A DNA stretch of 64,000 bases from Candidatus Bathyarchaeota archaeon. Lineage in GTDB: Archaea; Thermoproteota; Bathyarchaeia; Bathyarchaeales; Bathycorpusculaceae. Numbering within the stretch: position 1 is the stretch's first letter; each line of letters opens with the position of its first letter. Shown piece after piece: positions 1 through 9,181 of this stretch. The stretch is taken from assembly GCA_963768425.1 (NCBI GenBank), contig CAVYHV010000023.1, forward strand, positions 31,260 to 95,259, in the 5' to 3' direction. The translations under genes and the position numbers were made by a program. A model generated the notes under the pieces. The model saw nothing but the letters and a program-made list of their open reading frames with translations. It ran no database searches and was not told the origin of the DNA.

Positions 1-175
1 TTTCGGCCTCATGATCGAGCAAGCTTACCTTGACGGATTTTTTGTCGGGAAGCTTATTTTCGTCTCTCATACGTTTTAGGTAGTCGGCTATTTTGATGTA
101 GAAGTCACTCGGTAAACCCCCAAGCGAAGTCTCGCCTTCTTCTCGTCGCCACGCCATGTAAAGTTCGTTATACAT
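1..175 (-). CDS. GINS complex subunit (Gins15/Gins51-type), N-terminal part; runs off window edge
   Basis: Not in ORF track. The ATG overlaps the priS stop (TAATG). Translates as MYNELYMAWRREEGETSLGGLPSDFYIKIADYLKRM..., with the L..LP.DFY motif typical of archaeal GINS. The priS-gins adjacency is a conserved archaeal arrangement. Confidence 0.75.
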   Translation of the reverse strand, partial: MYNELYMAWRREEGETSLGGLPSDFYIKIADYLKRMRDENKLPDKKSVKVSLLDHEAE

Positions 176-1398
176 TACTCTGCTACCTTCGCCCTTCCCT
201 TGCAGATCAGCATAACCGCCGCTGCAACAGGCAATTCTTTGGTCTCGTTTTTGTATGGACCAAACGTTTGCCCACCCATCTTGAACTCTGGTGCATTAGA
301 GACAAACACTTTTACTTCCCCCTTTTTAAAAGCTACCGCTCCAGAAAAAGGGTCAAAATCCTGCAAATCCCTTGCTGGAAACTCCACTTTCTTCAACCCG
401 GTTTTTCCATGTAGGGTTCCATTCATCCTGATTAAACGGTGAACGTCAGTGGTGACGACTGTATCGATCTTCGACGACTGCAAATCCTTCGCGCTCTCGG
501 CAAGTTTAAGCCAAGTCTGAACGCTAACGCCTGGGACGCTTTCCCATCTTCCCTGATTGATGCAACGGGTGATGATTGCTTCCCTATTTTTTAAAATTGC
601 ATTGTTGTTTACACCTAAGTTTTTGAGGTCCTCTTTAGATGCATGTTCAACGAGATTTTGCATCCCAACTTTGAGTCGTCTGTTCCAGCCGAAATTGTGA
701 AGATTGAATCTTTTGGCGCCTCGCTTTCCCCGTTTCTCTTTAACATCCGTCTCCAATACTGCTAGACCCAATCCCATTACGTAGTCAACGATTTCTTTTC
801 TCGCCATAGCATCTAACGAGCGTACGGCTTCGTCTTCAACATGCACGTGGTATCCTCTATGTCCCGAAAAAAACACATGCAATTCACCAAGGGAAAAACC
901 GAAATCATTGCTTAACATATCAACTAGCTTGGCAGTTTCTTCTCTGGCGGATTGTATGCAGAGTTCGCAGGGCCACGTTTTGGTTGTGAATTTTGTTCCT
1001 TCGCAGGCGGGGCAAACTTCCGGGGTTATGCCTCTGCCGCTGAAGCCGCATTTAGCGCAGATGAATTCATCGTGGATTTTATTGCAGGCGCTTGGAATGT
1101 GGTCTGCGTCTATGTCGAAGACCAGGTCAGCTCCTAACCAGCCTTTTTTATCCATGTCAAAATCTGGGTTTTCGTAGTAGGCACAAGAATGGTAAACGTC
1201 GGATGGAACTATGTGGTTGAGAGCGGACCTTAAGCTGGCTATGTCGCTGAATCGTTTGTGCCTGACCATGAACCGCTCTTTAAACATCAAGTAGCCGAAT
1301 TCTCTCTGCTCAGCAAAAATCGGTGCGGAGATCACGTTTGAGGGGTCTCGGTAGTATTCGCTGAATTTTTGGTAAACGAAATCCCTAGAAGCCTCCAA
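175..1398 (-). CDS. priS: DNA primase small (catalytic) subunit
   Basis: Motifs REFG, DLVFDIDAD, SGHRGYHV, IDTVVTTDVHRLIR..GTLHGKTG. Confidence 0.95.
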   Translation of the reverse strand: MEASRDFVYQKFSEYYRDPSNVISAPIFAEQREFGYLMFKERFMVRHKRFSDIASLRSALNHIVPSDVYHSCAYYENPDFDMDKKGWLGADLVFDIDADHIPSACNKIHDEFICAKCGFSGRGITPEVCPACEGTKFTTKTWPCELCIQSAREETAKLVDMLSNDFGFSLGELHVFFSGHRGYHVHVEDEAVRSLDAMARKEIVDYVMGLGLAVLETDVKEKRGKRGAKRFNLHNFGWNRRLKVGMQNLVEHASKEDLKNLGVNNNAILKNREAIITRCINQGRWESVPGVSVQTWLKLAESAKDLQSSKIDTVVTTDVHRLIRMNGTLHGKTGLKKVEFPARDLQDFDPFSGAVAFKKGEVKVFVSNAPEFKMGGQTFGPYKNETKELPVAAAVMLICKGRAKVAE

Positions 1399-1543
1399 GT
1401 TCCCCTACCTCAAGCTTTGACTTGTATATTGATTATGTCCATGAATTTATTTGTGTGTTGCTGAAGAGGAGCTGATTTATACGTTGCACCAATGGTTGAG
1501 GCATCATATAACTAAAAGGGGGCTATGCGTTGGCTGGGAAAAT

Positions 1544-2704
1544 TTAGTGGAAGTACTGGATAAGCAGCTGGAAATTGGTTCCTGAATACGCAAGCACACC
1601 TATCATGAAGCCCAGCCATAACACGGTTATGTTAAGCTCTTTTCTCTGCTGGGGAATAAGCGCATACACAAAAATGAAGGGGAAATACCAGTTTTGGATG
1701 TAAGGCATCAAGAAGCTTGGCAGAAGCAGGAAAAGTGCTGATAGAGAAAGAAGAACGTTTTTGTTGAGCATGTAGATCGCGTAGGAAGCAGTGATTCCAA
1801 GCGTTAGCAAGACAAAGAAAGATTGGTCGACCCATGCGATATGGGTATTGGATGAAAACGCATTTATCCCATTCATGATCAACTGGGGTCCGCCTGACAC
1901 GAGATAGGGAGCGCTCAGGTAAGCCGTGAAAATGCTTATGATCCCGAGAATCAAGCCAGCCACAACTGCTTTGTTTTTCAGCAAATTGGGCAGCTTGTTT
2001 TTCTGGACGAGTTTTATCAAGCCGATGACAATCAGAGGGAAAAGGAAGATAGCTGCTTCATACTTGAAAAACGTTGAAACTGTGATCAGCAAGAAAAAGT
2101 AGTCGTAGCGTTCAGTTATGAACATATACACTGCGAACAGGGCAAAGAGGAAAGCCACCGACTCAAACATTCCATCAGCCGCGTAAGCCACCAAAGTGAC
2201 ATAAATGATGTAGATCCCGAGAAGTTTAAGAATCATAGCCATGTCTTTCTTCAAGAAAACCTTCAGGAAAAAGTAAACGCACGCCGTTGCAACGACCAAG
2301 AATATTGCTATTTCAATTTTGAAAAGCATGGTTGAGTTGAAGCCGTTTTGGAGGAGGATTCCGAAGGGTAAGAACAACAAGACGCTGCCAAGCGGGTACA
2401 GGTGTGGCATCTGAGGCCAAGTGACGTACTTGTAGTTTGAGACGTCGAGATTAGCAAGTTTACTTAAGGGTTGGCTGAAAACTGAAAAACCATCTTTGAG
2501 AAATAAGCTGGCAACGTAGGTGTCGCGGGCGTTGTCGGTGTACCAGTTCTCAAGCGTTGCAAGAGGACCCGAGTTGATTGCGAGAATCAAGAGCCACACA
2601 ACCAACCCTAGCAAAAGCACGGCTAAGAGCCACCGCCGAGCTTTCTTGCTTAAAGACGGAATAACGTTTGCTTTCGATTCAGCTCGCGAGAGCTGGGGCA
2701 ACAC
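1544..2704 (-). CDS. Polytopic membrane protein, probable GT-C fold glycosyltransferase (GT87-like)
   Basis: About 10 hydrophobic segments; N-terminal loop YTD...YP.G..LLF.PF; G.F(E/D) loop; lies next to a Dol-P-sugar synthase. Confidence 0.55.
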   Translation of the reverse strand: MLPQLSRAESKANVIPSLSKKARRWLLAVLLLGLVVWLLILAINSGPLATLENWYTDNARDTYVASLFLKDGFSVFSQPLSKLANLDVSNYKYVTWPQMPHLYPLGSVLLFLPFGILLQNGFNSTMLFKIEIAIFLVVATACVYFFLKVFLKKDMAMILKLLGIYIIYVTLVAYAADGMFESVAFLFALFAVYMFITERYDYFFLLITVSTFFKYEAAIFLFPLIVIGLIKLVQKNKLPNLLKNKAVVAGLILGIISIFTAYLSAPYLVSGGPQLIMNGINAFSSNTHIAWVDQSFFVLLTLGITASYAIYMLNKNVLLSLSALFLLLPSFLMPYIQNWYFPFIFVYALIPQQRKELNITVLWLGFMIGVLAYSGTNFQLLIQYFH

Positions 2705-3224
2705 ATGTTTTTAAAGCTATTAGAAGCGCTGCGGTCAAACTTGCTATAAACAGGATTTCTGAGGATTCGTTTAGCCATGAATACGGGTAGATAACTGCGG
2801 GTTTTTGCTCAACCGCTTGGAAATGGACGGTTCCAGAACTGTGTGAAGCGGAAGTGAAAACGGCGTCGTAGTAGTCAGGGCTTGCGATAAATGAATATGT
2901 AAAGTTTGGCTGGGTAGTATTGTAAGAAATTCCGGTTTTGATCAATAGCACGTCGTTTGAAAGGGGAAGCATGAGCGAGAAATTCTTCTGTAGCGAGGGA
3001 GACGACTGCACTTCTAACGTGATGTTTTCTCCGCCGTAAAAAGACCCTAAACCTTGTCGGTAGGTTTCGTTGGGAGCCAGTTGGAAATTGTCGTTGACTA
3101 ATATGCTAGTGTGGATGCTGCCTTTATCTGGAATTGTATATAGGCTGACGGTTGCAAGACTTATGCTCAGCACTATGAAAAACATAGCGGCAAAAAGAAG
3201 AATCTGAGTGACTGAGCGCTTCAT
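2679..3224 (-). CDS. Hypothetical membrane protein (N- and C-terminal TM helices, beta-rich external domain)
   Basis: 181-aa ORF with hydrophobic termini; overlaps the next gene. Confidence 0.7.
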   Translation of the reverse strand: MKRSVTQILLFAAMFFIVLSISLATVSLYTIPDKGSIHTSILVNDNFQLAPNETYRQGLGSFYGGENITLEVQSSPSLQKNFSLMLPLSNDVLLIKTGISYNTTQPNFTYSFIASPDYYDAVFTSASHSSGTVHFQAVEQKPAVIYPYSWLNESSEILFIASLTAALLIALKTCVAPALAS

Positions 3225-3298
3225 TAATCATGTCGCCTTTAACTTAGACCTGCAAACATGCGTAATATATGTTAACTGAAAAAAGGTTGCTAATCAAT

Positions 3299-4042
3299 TT
3301 AGAAACGGAAAACTGCCTTGAAAGTATAGCTGATGTAACTGCTGATTTCAGTCCAGCTCAACTTGGATTTACCACTTTTTCTGTTAACGAATAAGATTGG
3401 GGTTTCCCTGACGTTGAAGTGCCGCAAGTGAGCTTGCCGTATAGTTTCTATTTGAATCTCGTAGGTGTGGCTGTGCAGGTTGCCGATGGTTTCGCTTAGA
3501 AATTTTGTGGAATAGCAGCGAAAGCCGCTGGTACAATCGCGTGGTTTTAACCCAAGGGAAGATTTCGCGATAAAGTTGGCGGTGCGGCTGATTATTTTTC
3601 TGGTGAAAGGCCAATTTGCAATGTGCCCACCCTTGATGTATCTGCTGCCAACCACGATTCCGCTGTCAGTTTCAGTCATCGTTGAGAGTAGCTGCGGAAT
3701 ATCTTTAGGGTTATGCGAATAGTCGGCGTCCATTGTAAAAATGTATTTTGGAGGAAATGTCGAGTTCAAAAAAAACTTGAAGCCATCGGTAATTGCCGTT
3801 CCCAACCCACTTTTTTTAGGTCGAAGACAAAGCAGGATGTTGCCGTATTTACTTTGTTTTTCCCGAACAATTTCCGCGGTCCTATCAGGGCTGGAATCGT
3901 CAATTACAAGGATAGTACTATTTAATTTTAAGCTCTCGATGTCATCAATTAACCTGGAAATGTTTTCTTCTTCCCGATAAGTAGGCAGGATAACCCCTAT
4001 TTCTGCGCCATCCATTGCATTTCCAATTAATTGATAGTTCAT
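3299..4042 (-). CDS. GT2 polyprenol/dolichol-phosphate mannose synthase family
   Basis: VILPTYRE, VIDDSSPDRT, MDADYSHNP, VGSRY, DCTSGFRCY, G.SKL motifs. Confidence 0.9.
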   Translation of the reverse strand: MNYQLIGNAMDGAEIGVILPTYREEENISRLIDDIESLKLNSTILVIDDSSPDRTAEIVREKQSKYGNILLCLRPKKSGLGTAITDGFKFFLNSTFPPKYIFTMDADYSHNPKDIPQLLSTMTETDSGIVVGSRYIKGGHIANWPFTRKIISRTANFIAKSSLGLKPRDCTSGFRCYSTKFLSETIGNLHSHTYEIQIETIRQAHLRHFNVRETPILFVNRKSGKSKLSWTEISSYISYTFKAVFRF

Positions 4043-4090
4043 GTTACTCTAACCCCTTGTAGGTAAAGTGAACATATAAATCTTAACTAA

Positions 4091-5137
4091 TTAAGGCAAA
4101 GCAAGCTTTTGCTTGCGCTTGTAATAGGCAAGTGGATGATAGATGCGACGACACAAATCGTCCCTGTTTTTGCATACTCCATGCGTCTGTAGTAGGGAGC
4201 ATTGCGGTGGAGTGTAGCGTGTTGCCGAACCCCTCTCGCCTGCAATGTGCTCGATTTGGTATCGGGTTAACTTTTCATTGTAATCCGAGAAGGTCTTGAA
4301 TAATTCATTCACATTTTCCGAAGTCATTCCAATGTTAACCAAGAAAGAAGTTAAAGTGAACCGTTCAATATGCGAAAGGTGGTGATTCGACTTCGCAGTC
4401 TCCATTAGATTCATTATGCAGGGTGGATAAGCCGATTGAACAACGATTTTCGGAATCTCATCGGTTTCCATCGCACCAATAACTTCTGAACCGAGTTTTT
4501 TCACCCGTTCAGCAATAAGTCCCAATTCTTCCGGAACCTTCGGCAGTTTTACGTTAAGTCTTTTCTCAACCCGTCGACGAATCTCCTCTTCCAGCAACCT
4601 AACAACGTCTTTTTTATTCAGGTAAACGCATCCATGGGAAAGGATACTGTTGGTTAACTTCCACTTTTTGTCATGCAAATGCGCCGAGTTTCTCAGGTAA
4701 TCTGTGAAGCTGATAGAAAAGTCCAAGGGAGAATCCGCGCTTTCCTTGGCAAGGTTTATTTTCCAGTCAAAATCCCGGGCTATTTTTAGGATTTTTTCTT
4801 TTTGCTCCAAAACCAAATCGATGGATGACTGTTTTGCCTCTGCCAACGCATACCTTTTCTTGATAAATGAGTTTTCGGTCGCTATGACGATTAGCAGTGC
4901 TAGCGGGAACGAGGGGATTTCTATATCTATTCTTTTTGAGTTGCGGGTTATGCGTCTATCAATTAACGCTTGGTCAACCCTTTCTTCTGCCCGTTTTACA
5001 AGCTCGGTGCCCATGCTTACTAAGTCGTCTATTTGCAGGTCTAAAGGTTTAATGTACTCGGCGGTTTCTTTCAAAAAAGGGTATTTTGCCAAATCGTTCT
5101 TGGTGAATCCCGCCGATTCAACTTGCAACTCAGTCAC
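4091..5137 (-). CDS. priL: DNA primase large subunit
   Basis: KYPFL at N-terminus, YPPCI, LSHIERF, YQIEHI.G...Y.PP.C, Fe-S cysteines, HPLAYY. Confidence 0.95.
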   Translation of the reverse strand: MTELQVESAGFTKNDLAKYPFLKETAEYIKPLDLQIDDLVSMGTELVKRAEERVDQALIDRRITRNSKRIDIEIPSFPLALLIVIATENSFIKKRYALAEAKQSSIDLVLEQKEKILKIARDFDWKINLAKESADSPLDFSISFTDYLRNSAHLHDKKWKLTNSILSHGCVYLNKKDVVRLLEEEIRRRVEKRLNVKLPKVPEELGLIAERVKKLGSEVIGAMETDEIPKIVVQSAYPPCIMNLMETAKSNHHLSHIERFTLTSFLVNIGMTSENVNELFKTFSDYNEKLTRYQIEHIAGERGSATRYTPPQCSLLQTHGVCKNRDDLCRRIYHPLAYYKRKQKLALP

Positions 5138-5138
5138 G

Positions 5139-5894
5139 TTATTCTGTTTCGATTCTTGGCGCCAAGAAGAAAGTCAATCTGCCTTCTTTGGTCTGCTGGA
5201 AGTCAATTTTCACTGGCATGTCGGTGGAGAATTCGAGCGTCGCAATATCTGAGGTGGCTGAAGCCGCCTTTATGATTTCTGACAGGTAGCTCAGGCTGAA
5301 GGTTGCCTTCGCATTTTCCTTAACTTCCAAGTCAAGCAGCGCATCGGTGCCCTTTTGCAGAGTTATGGTTGCACCCATTAAATCGCCTGAAGCACTCAAC
5401 GTTAGCTTTTCTGGTTCAGCTTCGATGCGTACATGGTCACTCACAAGCTGCGCGTCTTCGATTGCTTGGCTTAATCCTTGAGTTGTCGTTTTGGCTTTGA
5501 CGTTAAAGGTTATTTTTGGAGTAGGAACCTCTTCCTCCGAGGCTTCCAAGGTCGGCATGGTGAAGTTTCTGTTGTACTTGCCAGTTATGATAACCAGCAA
5601 CCGCCCAGTTTTGTCGTCGAGAGACAGTTCCACTGCCTCATCTTTTCCCGCACGTTTGAGAAGTTTAAGCAGTTCGCTTATGTTGAGGCACACTTTGGCG
5701 GGTTCAGTGGAAATGTATTCTTGAAAGATGGATTTTGGCCATTCAAAATCAATCATAGCTACGCGGGATGGATCCATAGCTCGAAGTTTCATGCCTTCGG
5801 GGTCGATCTTGAAGGTTGCTTCGTCAACTAGGATTGATATGGCTGTAGCCATGTCTCTTAGAAGTTTAGCATCGGAGACTTTAAGCTTGAACAT
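5139..5894 (-). CDS. pcn: PCNA sliding clamp
   Basis: LRAMDPSRVAM and C-terminal FFLAPRIE. Confidence 0.97.
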   Translation of the reverse strand: MFKLKVSDAKLLRDMATAISILVDEATFKIDPEGMKLRAMDPSRVAMIDFEWPKSIFQEYISTEPAKVCLNISELLKLLKRAGKDEAVELSLDDKTGRLLVIITGKYNRNFTMPTLEASEEEVPTPKITFNVKAKTTTQGLSQAIEDAQLVSDHVRIEAEPEKLTLSASGDLMGATITLQKGTDALLDLEVKENAKATFSLSYLSEIIKAASATSDIATLEFSTDMPVKIDFQQTKEGRLTFFLAPRIETE

Positions 5895-6317
5895 GTTACC
5901 TTTTCCTCGCCTATTGCATATTCCTGTAAAGTTATATAGCTTGTGATTACGCTTTTACCTAATAAAAATTGCCGTATCCTAACCTAAAGACAAGCACTTG
6001 ATAACAGAAAACAAAAAACAAGGGTATTGTTTTGGTTATTTGCTAAGAAGGTTGACTGATTTGTGGCTTATTGGTGTTTTTGATACTTCTGTTTTTCAAA
6101 GGTGCCATAGAAAGTAAGCACTAATTGTTTGCAGATACACCCTTATCTATGGAACGAGAACAGCACGGACCAAATTCTGGGTCGTTTCGATTTGATCCCG
6201 AGTTACTCGGCGTTCAAGATCTATCGCTCAAAACAAAGAATTAACAATACGACCAAAAATGAAGAATTAATGCCACTGAGGCCACTCTTTGTGAGAAGGA
6301 AAAGGGTGAGGAAGTTC

Positions 6318-6668
6318 TTAGCTGTATTCTCTGAATGTGTAGCTGCATTTAGTGCAGCGCAGAAACTGGGTTGAAGATTCATCTGCGCCTCTTGTCTGAA
6401 CCTGCCACACATAAGCCGTGTTGTTTCCACATCTTGGACATTCTATTCGAACAGTCGGCAACGTGCTTAGTTTCTGTTCTTCTTTTCCGATGACGGCAAC
6501 AAACTGTTGGGGCGAATGCTGGATAACTTTCGGTGCCACCTCAACTTTTTCGCCTATTTCTGGCTTCTTGTAGCCACATTTGGGGCACGCGAGAACTAAG
6601 GAGGTTTCTTTACCGGACTTGGTTTTCTTTGGTTCAAGACGAGTACCGCATTTAGGGCAAAATTCCAT
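6318..6668 (-). CDS. tfs: Transcription factor S (TFS)
   Basis: Two Zn ribbons (FCPKCG...CPKCG; CPRCG...CTKC) with the QTRGADE acidic hairpin. Confidence 0.95.
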   Translation of the reverse strand: MEFCPKCGTRLEPKKTKSGKETSLVLACPKCGYKKPEIGEKVEVAPKVIQHSPQQFVAVIGKEEQKLSTLPTVRIECPRCGNNTAYVWQVQTRGADESSTQFLRCTKCSYTFREYS

Positions 6669-6720
6669 ATTTCCCGAACTCCAATATTCGTGTCCGTTTT
6701 TGATTCCCTTAGCACTGTAC

Positions 6721-6735
6721 CTTTTAAACCTTTTC
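6721..6735 (-). promoter_or_regulatory. Archaeal BRE-TATA promoter upstream of tfs
   Basis: Minus strand reads GAAAAGGTTTAAAAG about 50 bp upstream of the ATG. Confidence 0.5.
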
Positions 6736-6749
6736 TAAGTCACGCGAAA

Positions 6750-7328
6750 TCAGAGACTGACCCCAGATGCGATAAGATGCGCCACACGGAGCGGTTCAGG
6801 GAAACTGCTGTTCGTCGAGGTTAAATCAATAATCTCTTTGGCATCATCAAGTGAAATTCCTGCCAACTCCAAGTAAAGTTTCTTCCTTAGGCAACGTGTT
6901 TCATGGATTTCTCCAGCGGAAAGGACGGTATTCCACCGTTCCGCGGCATTAGGCAAATGACTTAGCGCTTTGTGGACTGCTTCTAAATCGGGTTTTTCAA
7001 GGGTTATCGCGATGACTGGAAGTTGGGTGCCCGTGCTAAGTTTTTTAATGTCGACGACATTAAAGCCCGCAAACGTGATCCCGTTTAGCATTATCAAACG
7101 CAACTGTTTGCAATGAGGCGAACTGTTAATCATAGAGGTCAACCGTTCGGTAGCGTCGAACCCGTCAATTTCGACGTGAGTGTGCATGACGCCGTCGATT
7201 GAGCAGCCGCCTCGGAAAACAACGCCGACAACAATCACATGGCCCTCTGTGTGTGGAGCAAATTTTCCGTCGTCAACACCAAGGATGCGGATTTCAGGTT
7301 TTATCACTCGAAATTTCTTTGGCTCCAA
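6750..7328 (-). CDS. DUF99 family protein (endonuclease V-like fold)
   Basis: RILGVDDG, VDG.DAT-like segment, GITFAGFNVVD, PEPLRVAHLIA. Confidence 0.9.
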   Translation of the reverse strand: MEPKKFRVIKPEIRILGVDDGKFAPHTEGHVIVVGVVFRGGCSIDGVMHTHVEIDGFDATERLTSMINSSPHCKQLRLIMLNGITFAGFNVVDIKKLSTGTQLPVIAITLEKPDLEAVHKALSHLPNAAERWNTVLSAGEIHETRCLRKKLYLELAGISLDDAKEIIDLTSTNSSFPEPLRVAHLIASGVSL

Positions 7329-7454
7329 AACCTTCCCTGAACCTAATGATATATCTTTTAGCTTTTAAGCTGAAGCTAAAGATTTTCAAATACGAAGAAG
7401 CAAAATAAGTTAAGTATTTAATGGAAAGTTGCTGAAAAGAAAAAAAGACTACCG

Positions 7455-7736
7455 CTATGCTTTGAGAACGCGGTCTAGCTCTTTGCTGAAAGCGTCGTTT
7501 GTATCTCTGACTTTCTCAACCGCTCTGAGCAACGCATCTTCGGGCTTTGCTTTCCCCCTCATCCTTAGATAAATGTTGGGGCTTGACGCCAAGGGATGTG
7601 GCACATCGTAGCCTGCGAACTCAACCGTCTTATCTTCCAAGAGCCTCTTTGCTAACAAATTGCAAAGTCCGTGACTTCCGCCCACGATTTCGATTTTCAG
7701 CTCGTTTCCAGATTTTTTAACAACGTTAATTTTCAA
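7455..7736 (-). CDS. rpoL: RNA polymerase subunit Rpo11 (L)
   Basis: G.SH.L.NLL...L and FAGY..PHPL motifs; conserved csl4-rpoL-DUF99-tfs cluster. Confidence 0.92.
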   Translation of the reverse strand: MKINVVKKSGNELKIEIVGGSHGLCNLLAKRLLEDKTVEFAGYDVPHPLASSPNIYLRMRGKAKPEDALLRAVEKVRDTNDAFSKELDRVLKA

Positions 7737-7751
7737 CTTAACTCATCCTCT

Positions 7752-8333
7752 CTAAAGCGCTTCTTTCCCGTAGTCAGGTGCCAGTTTACGTTTTTCAATG
7801 TTACCGCATTTTGGACAGCGCAGTTCATATCGATCTGGTTCCAGCAGGTTACCGTCCCGTGAACAGAAAGCATCTATGATACCCAAGTTCTTGTCGTTCG
7901 TTGTCAGATGGAAGACGCGGTTTTTTTCGCTTATCACTTTAGCTCTGACGATGTCTCCAGGCTTGCAAACGTCATTCATAGCGGTGACATACCTGTCGGA
8001 AACATCAGAAATGTGAAGAATACCGCCGAATTCGCCGGAAATCTTTTTGTTTCCAACTTTAAAAATTTTCACTAAAACATTGTCAGATTGAGCGTTTCCA
8101 ATTTGCCCGATTATGGTACTGGAAACTTTAGGGACCACTGCGCCTTCCACGGCAGGGTAGACGGAGACGCGTCGACTCTGCAAATCAACAAGTGAGCGTC
8201 CCACAATTTTGGAGTAGATAACGCCGTCTTTAACGTAGGTTCCCGAATCTGGAACGAACTCTTCAATAACACCTAAGCGTTCTCCAGGCACAACTAAATG
8301 ACCACTATTTTGTTGAGGTGACTTTAGACTCAT
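7752..8333 (-). CDS. csl4: Exosome RNA-binding protein Csl4
   Basis: VVPGERLGVIEEF, S1 domain (LHIS.V, GDIVRAKV), C-terminal Zn ribbon with EKRKLA; start taken at ATG 8333. Confidence 0.93.
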   Translation of the reverse strand: MSLKSPQQNSGHLVVPGERLGVIEEFVPDSGTYVKDGVIYSKIVGRSLVDLQSRRVSVYPAVEGAVVPKVSSTIIGQIGNAQSDNVLVKIFKVGNKKISGEFGGILHISDVSDRYVTAMNDVCKPGDIVRAKVISEKNRVFHLTTNDKNLGIIDAFCSRDGNLLEPDRYELRCPKCGNIEKRKLAPDYGKEAL

Positions 8334-8479
8334 GATGGTTTCCCTTTTTACACTCTTTATTACACTTAAATAAGCCAAACAGCCTGTTTGATAAATGCAT
8401 ATGGTTAGTTTCCAATCTTATCAATAAACCTTTTGATTAATATACCACCTTAATTCCAGACAGAACCCGAAGAAATTTG

Positions 8480-9181
8480 TCAAGGTTTTGATGCTTCAAT
8501 CACGTATAAGTCAACGACAAAATCATGTTTAACCTCCTTGTGAAAATCAAAAAGCCGCGGAATCGTCATAAGTATCGCATAAACTGCTTTAACGTTGCCG
8601 CCATGTTTGGCGATGAATTGTTCAAGGAAGGGAGATGGCTGAACCTGAAAGAATCCGCCGCTTGCCTTAAGCTTTATAATCAGTTGATTATCGGTTTCGG
8701 GATGGTTATGAAGAGAGTAAACGGATTTTCCCGACTCTAAAGCTTTTACTAAGAACGCTCTGTCAGCTTCGCGGATTTGAACTCCAAAAGGCGGATTCTG
8801 CAAGACAGTATCAAACTTGCCCGATACAGCTTTGATGTCGCCTATGACCCATTGAACGTTTCCCGCTAAGTAGAGTTTTCGCGAGTTTTGCGCGGCTGTT
8901 TCAATGGCTCGCTTATCGATGTCGACGCCGACGACTTCTTGAGCCCCAAGGAACGCTGCGCCCAACGAAAGCCTACCAGTTCCGCAGCCTAAATCCAGCA
9001 CAGACTTCCCAACAACATCATCATTTACGAAAGCAGCGACGTAAAGCAAGGTTGCGGCAACAGGCTCCGAAGTTGTGTATTGTTCTAGGCGAACCTGGGG
9101 TGAGGGCTGAGGAGCAATTTTTGAGAGAAACCGCTCTAAATCTAGCTTTCGAATAATCCTTTTTTGAGCATGTTCTCCCAT
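8480..9181 (-). CDS. METTL5-family N6-adenine RNA methyltransferase
   Basis: LEQY.T, DLGCGTG, NPPFG, D..FL..A, YSLH. Confidence 0.9.
   Translation of the reverse strand: MGEHAQKRIIRKLDLERFLSKIAPQPSPQVRLEQYTTSEPVAATLLYVAAFVNDDVVGKSVLDLGCGTGRLSLGAAFLGAQEVVGVDIDKRAIETAAQNSRKLYLAGNVQWVIGDIKAVSGKFDTVLQNPPFGVQIREADRAFLVKALESGKSVYSLHNHPETDNQLIIKLKASGGFFQVQPSPFLEQFIAKHGGNVKAVYAILMTIPRLFDFHKEVKHDFVVDLYVIEASKP

Noticed and set aside
6129-6430. ORFs 6129..6374 (+) and 6221..6430 (-), and a small CCGAGT-T-ACTCGG hairpin
   Set aside because: Both ORFs overlap tfs and have no recognisable motifs; one short hairpin is not enough to call an RNA.
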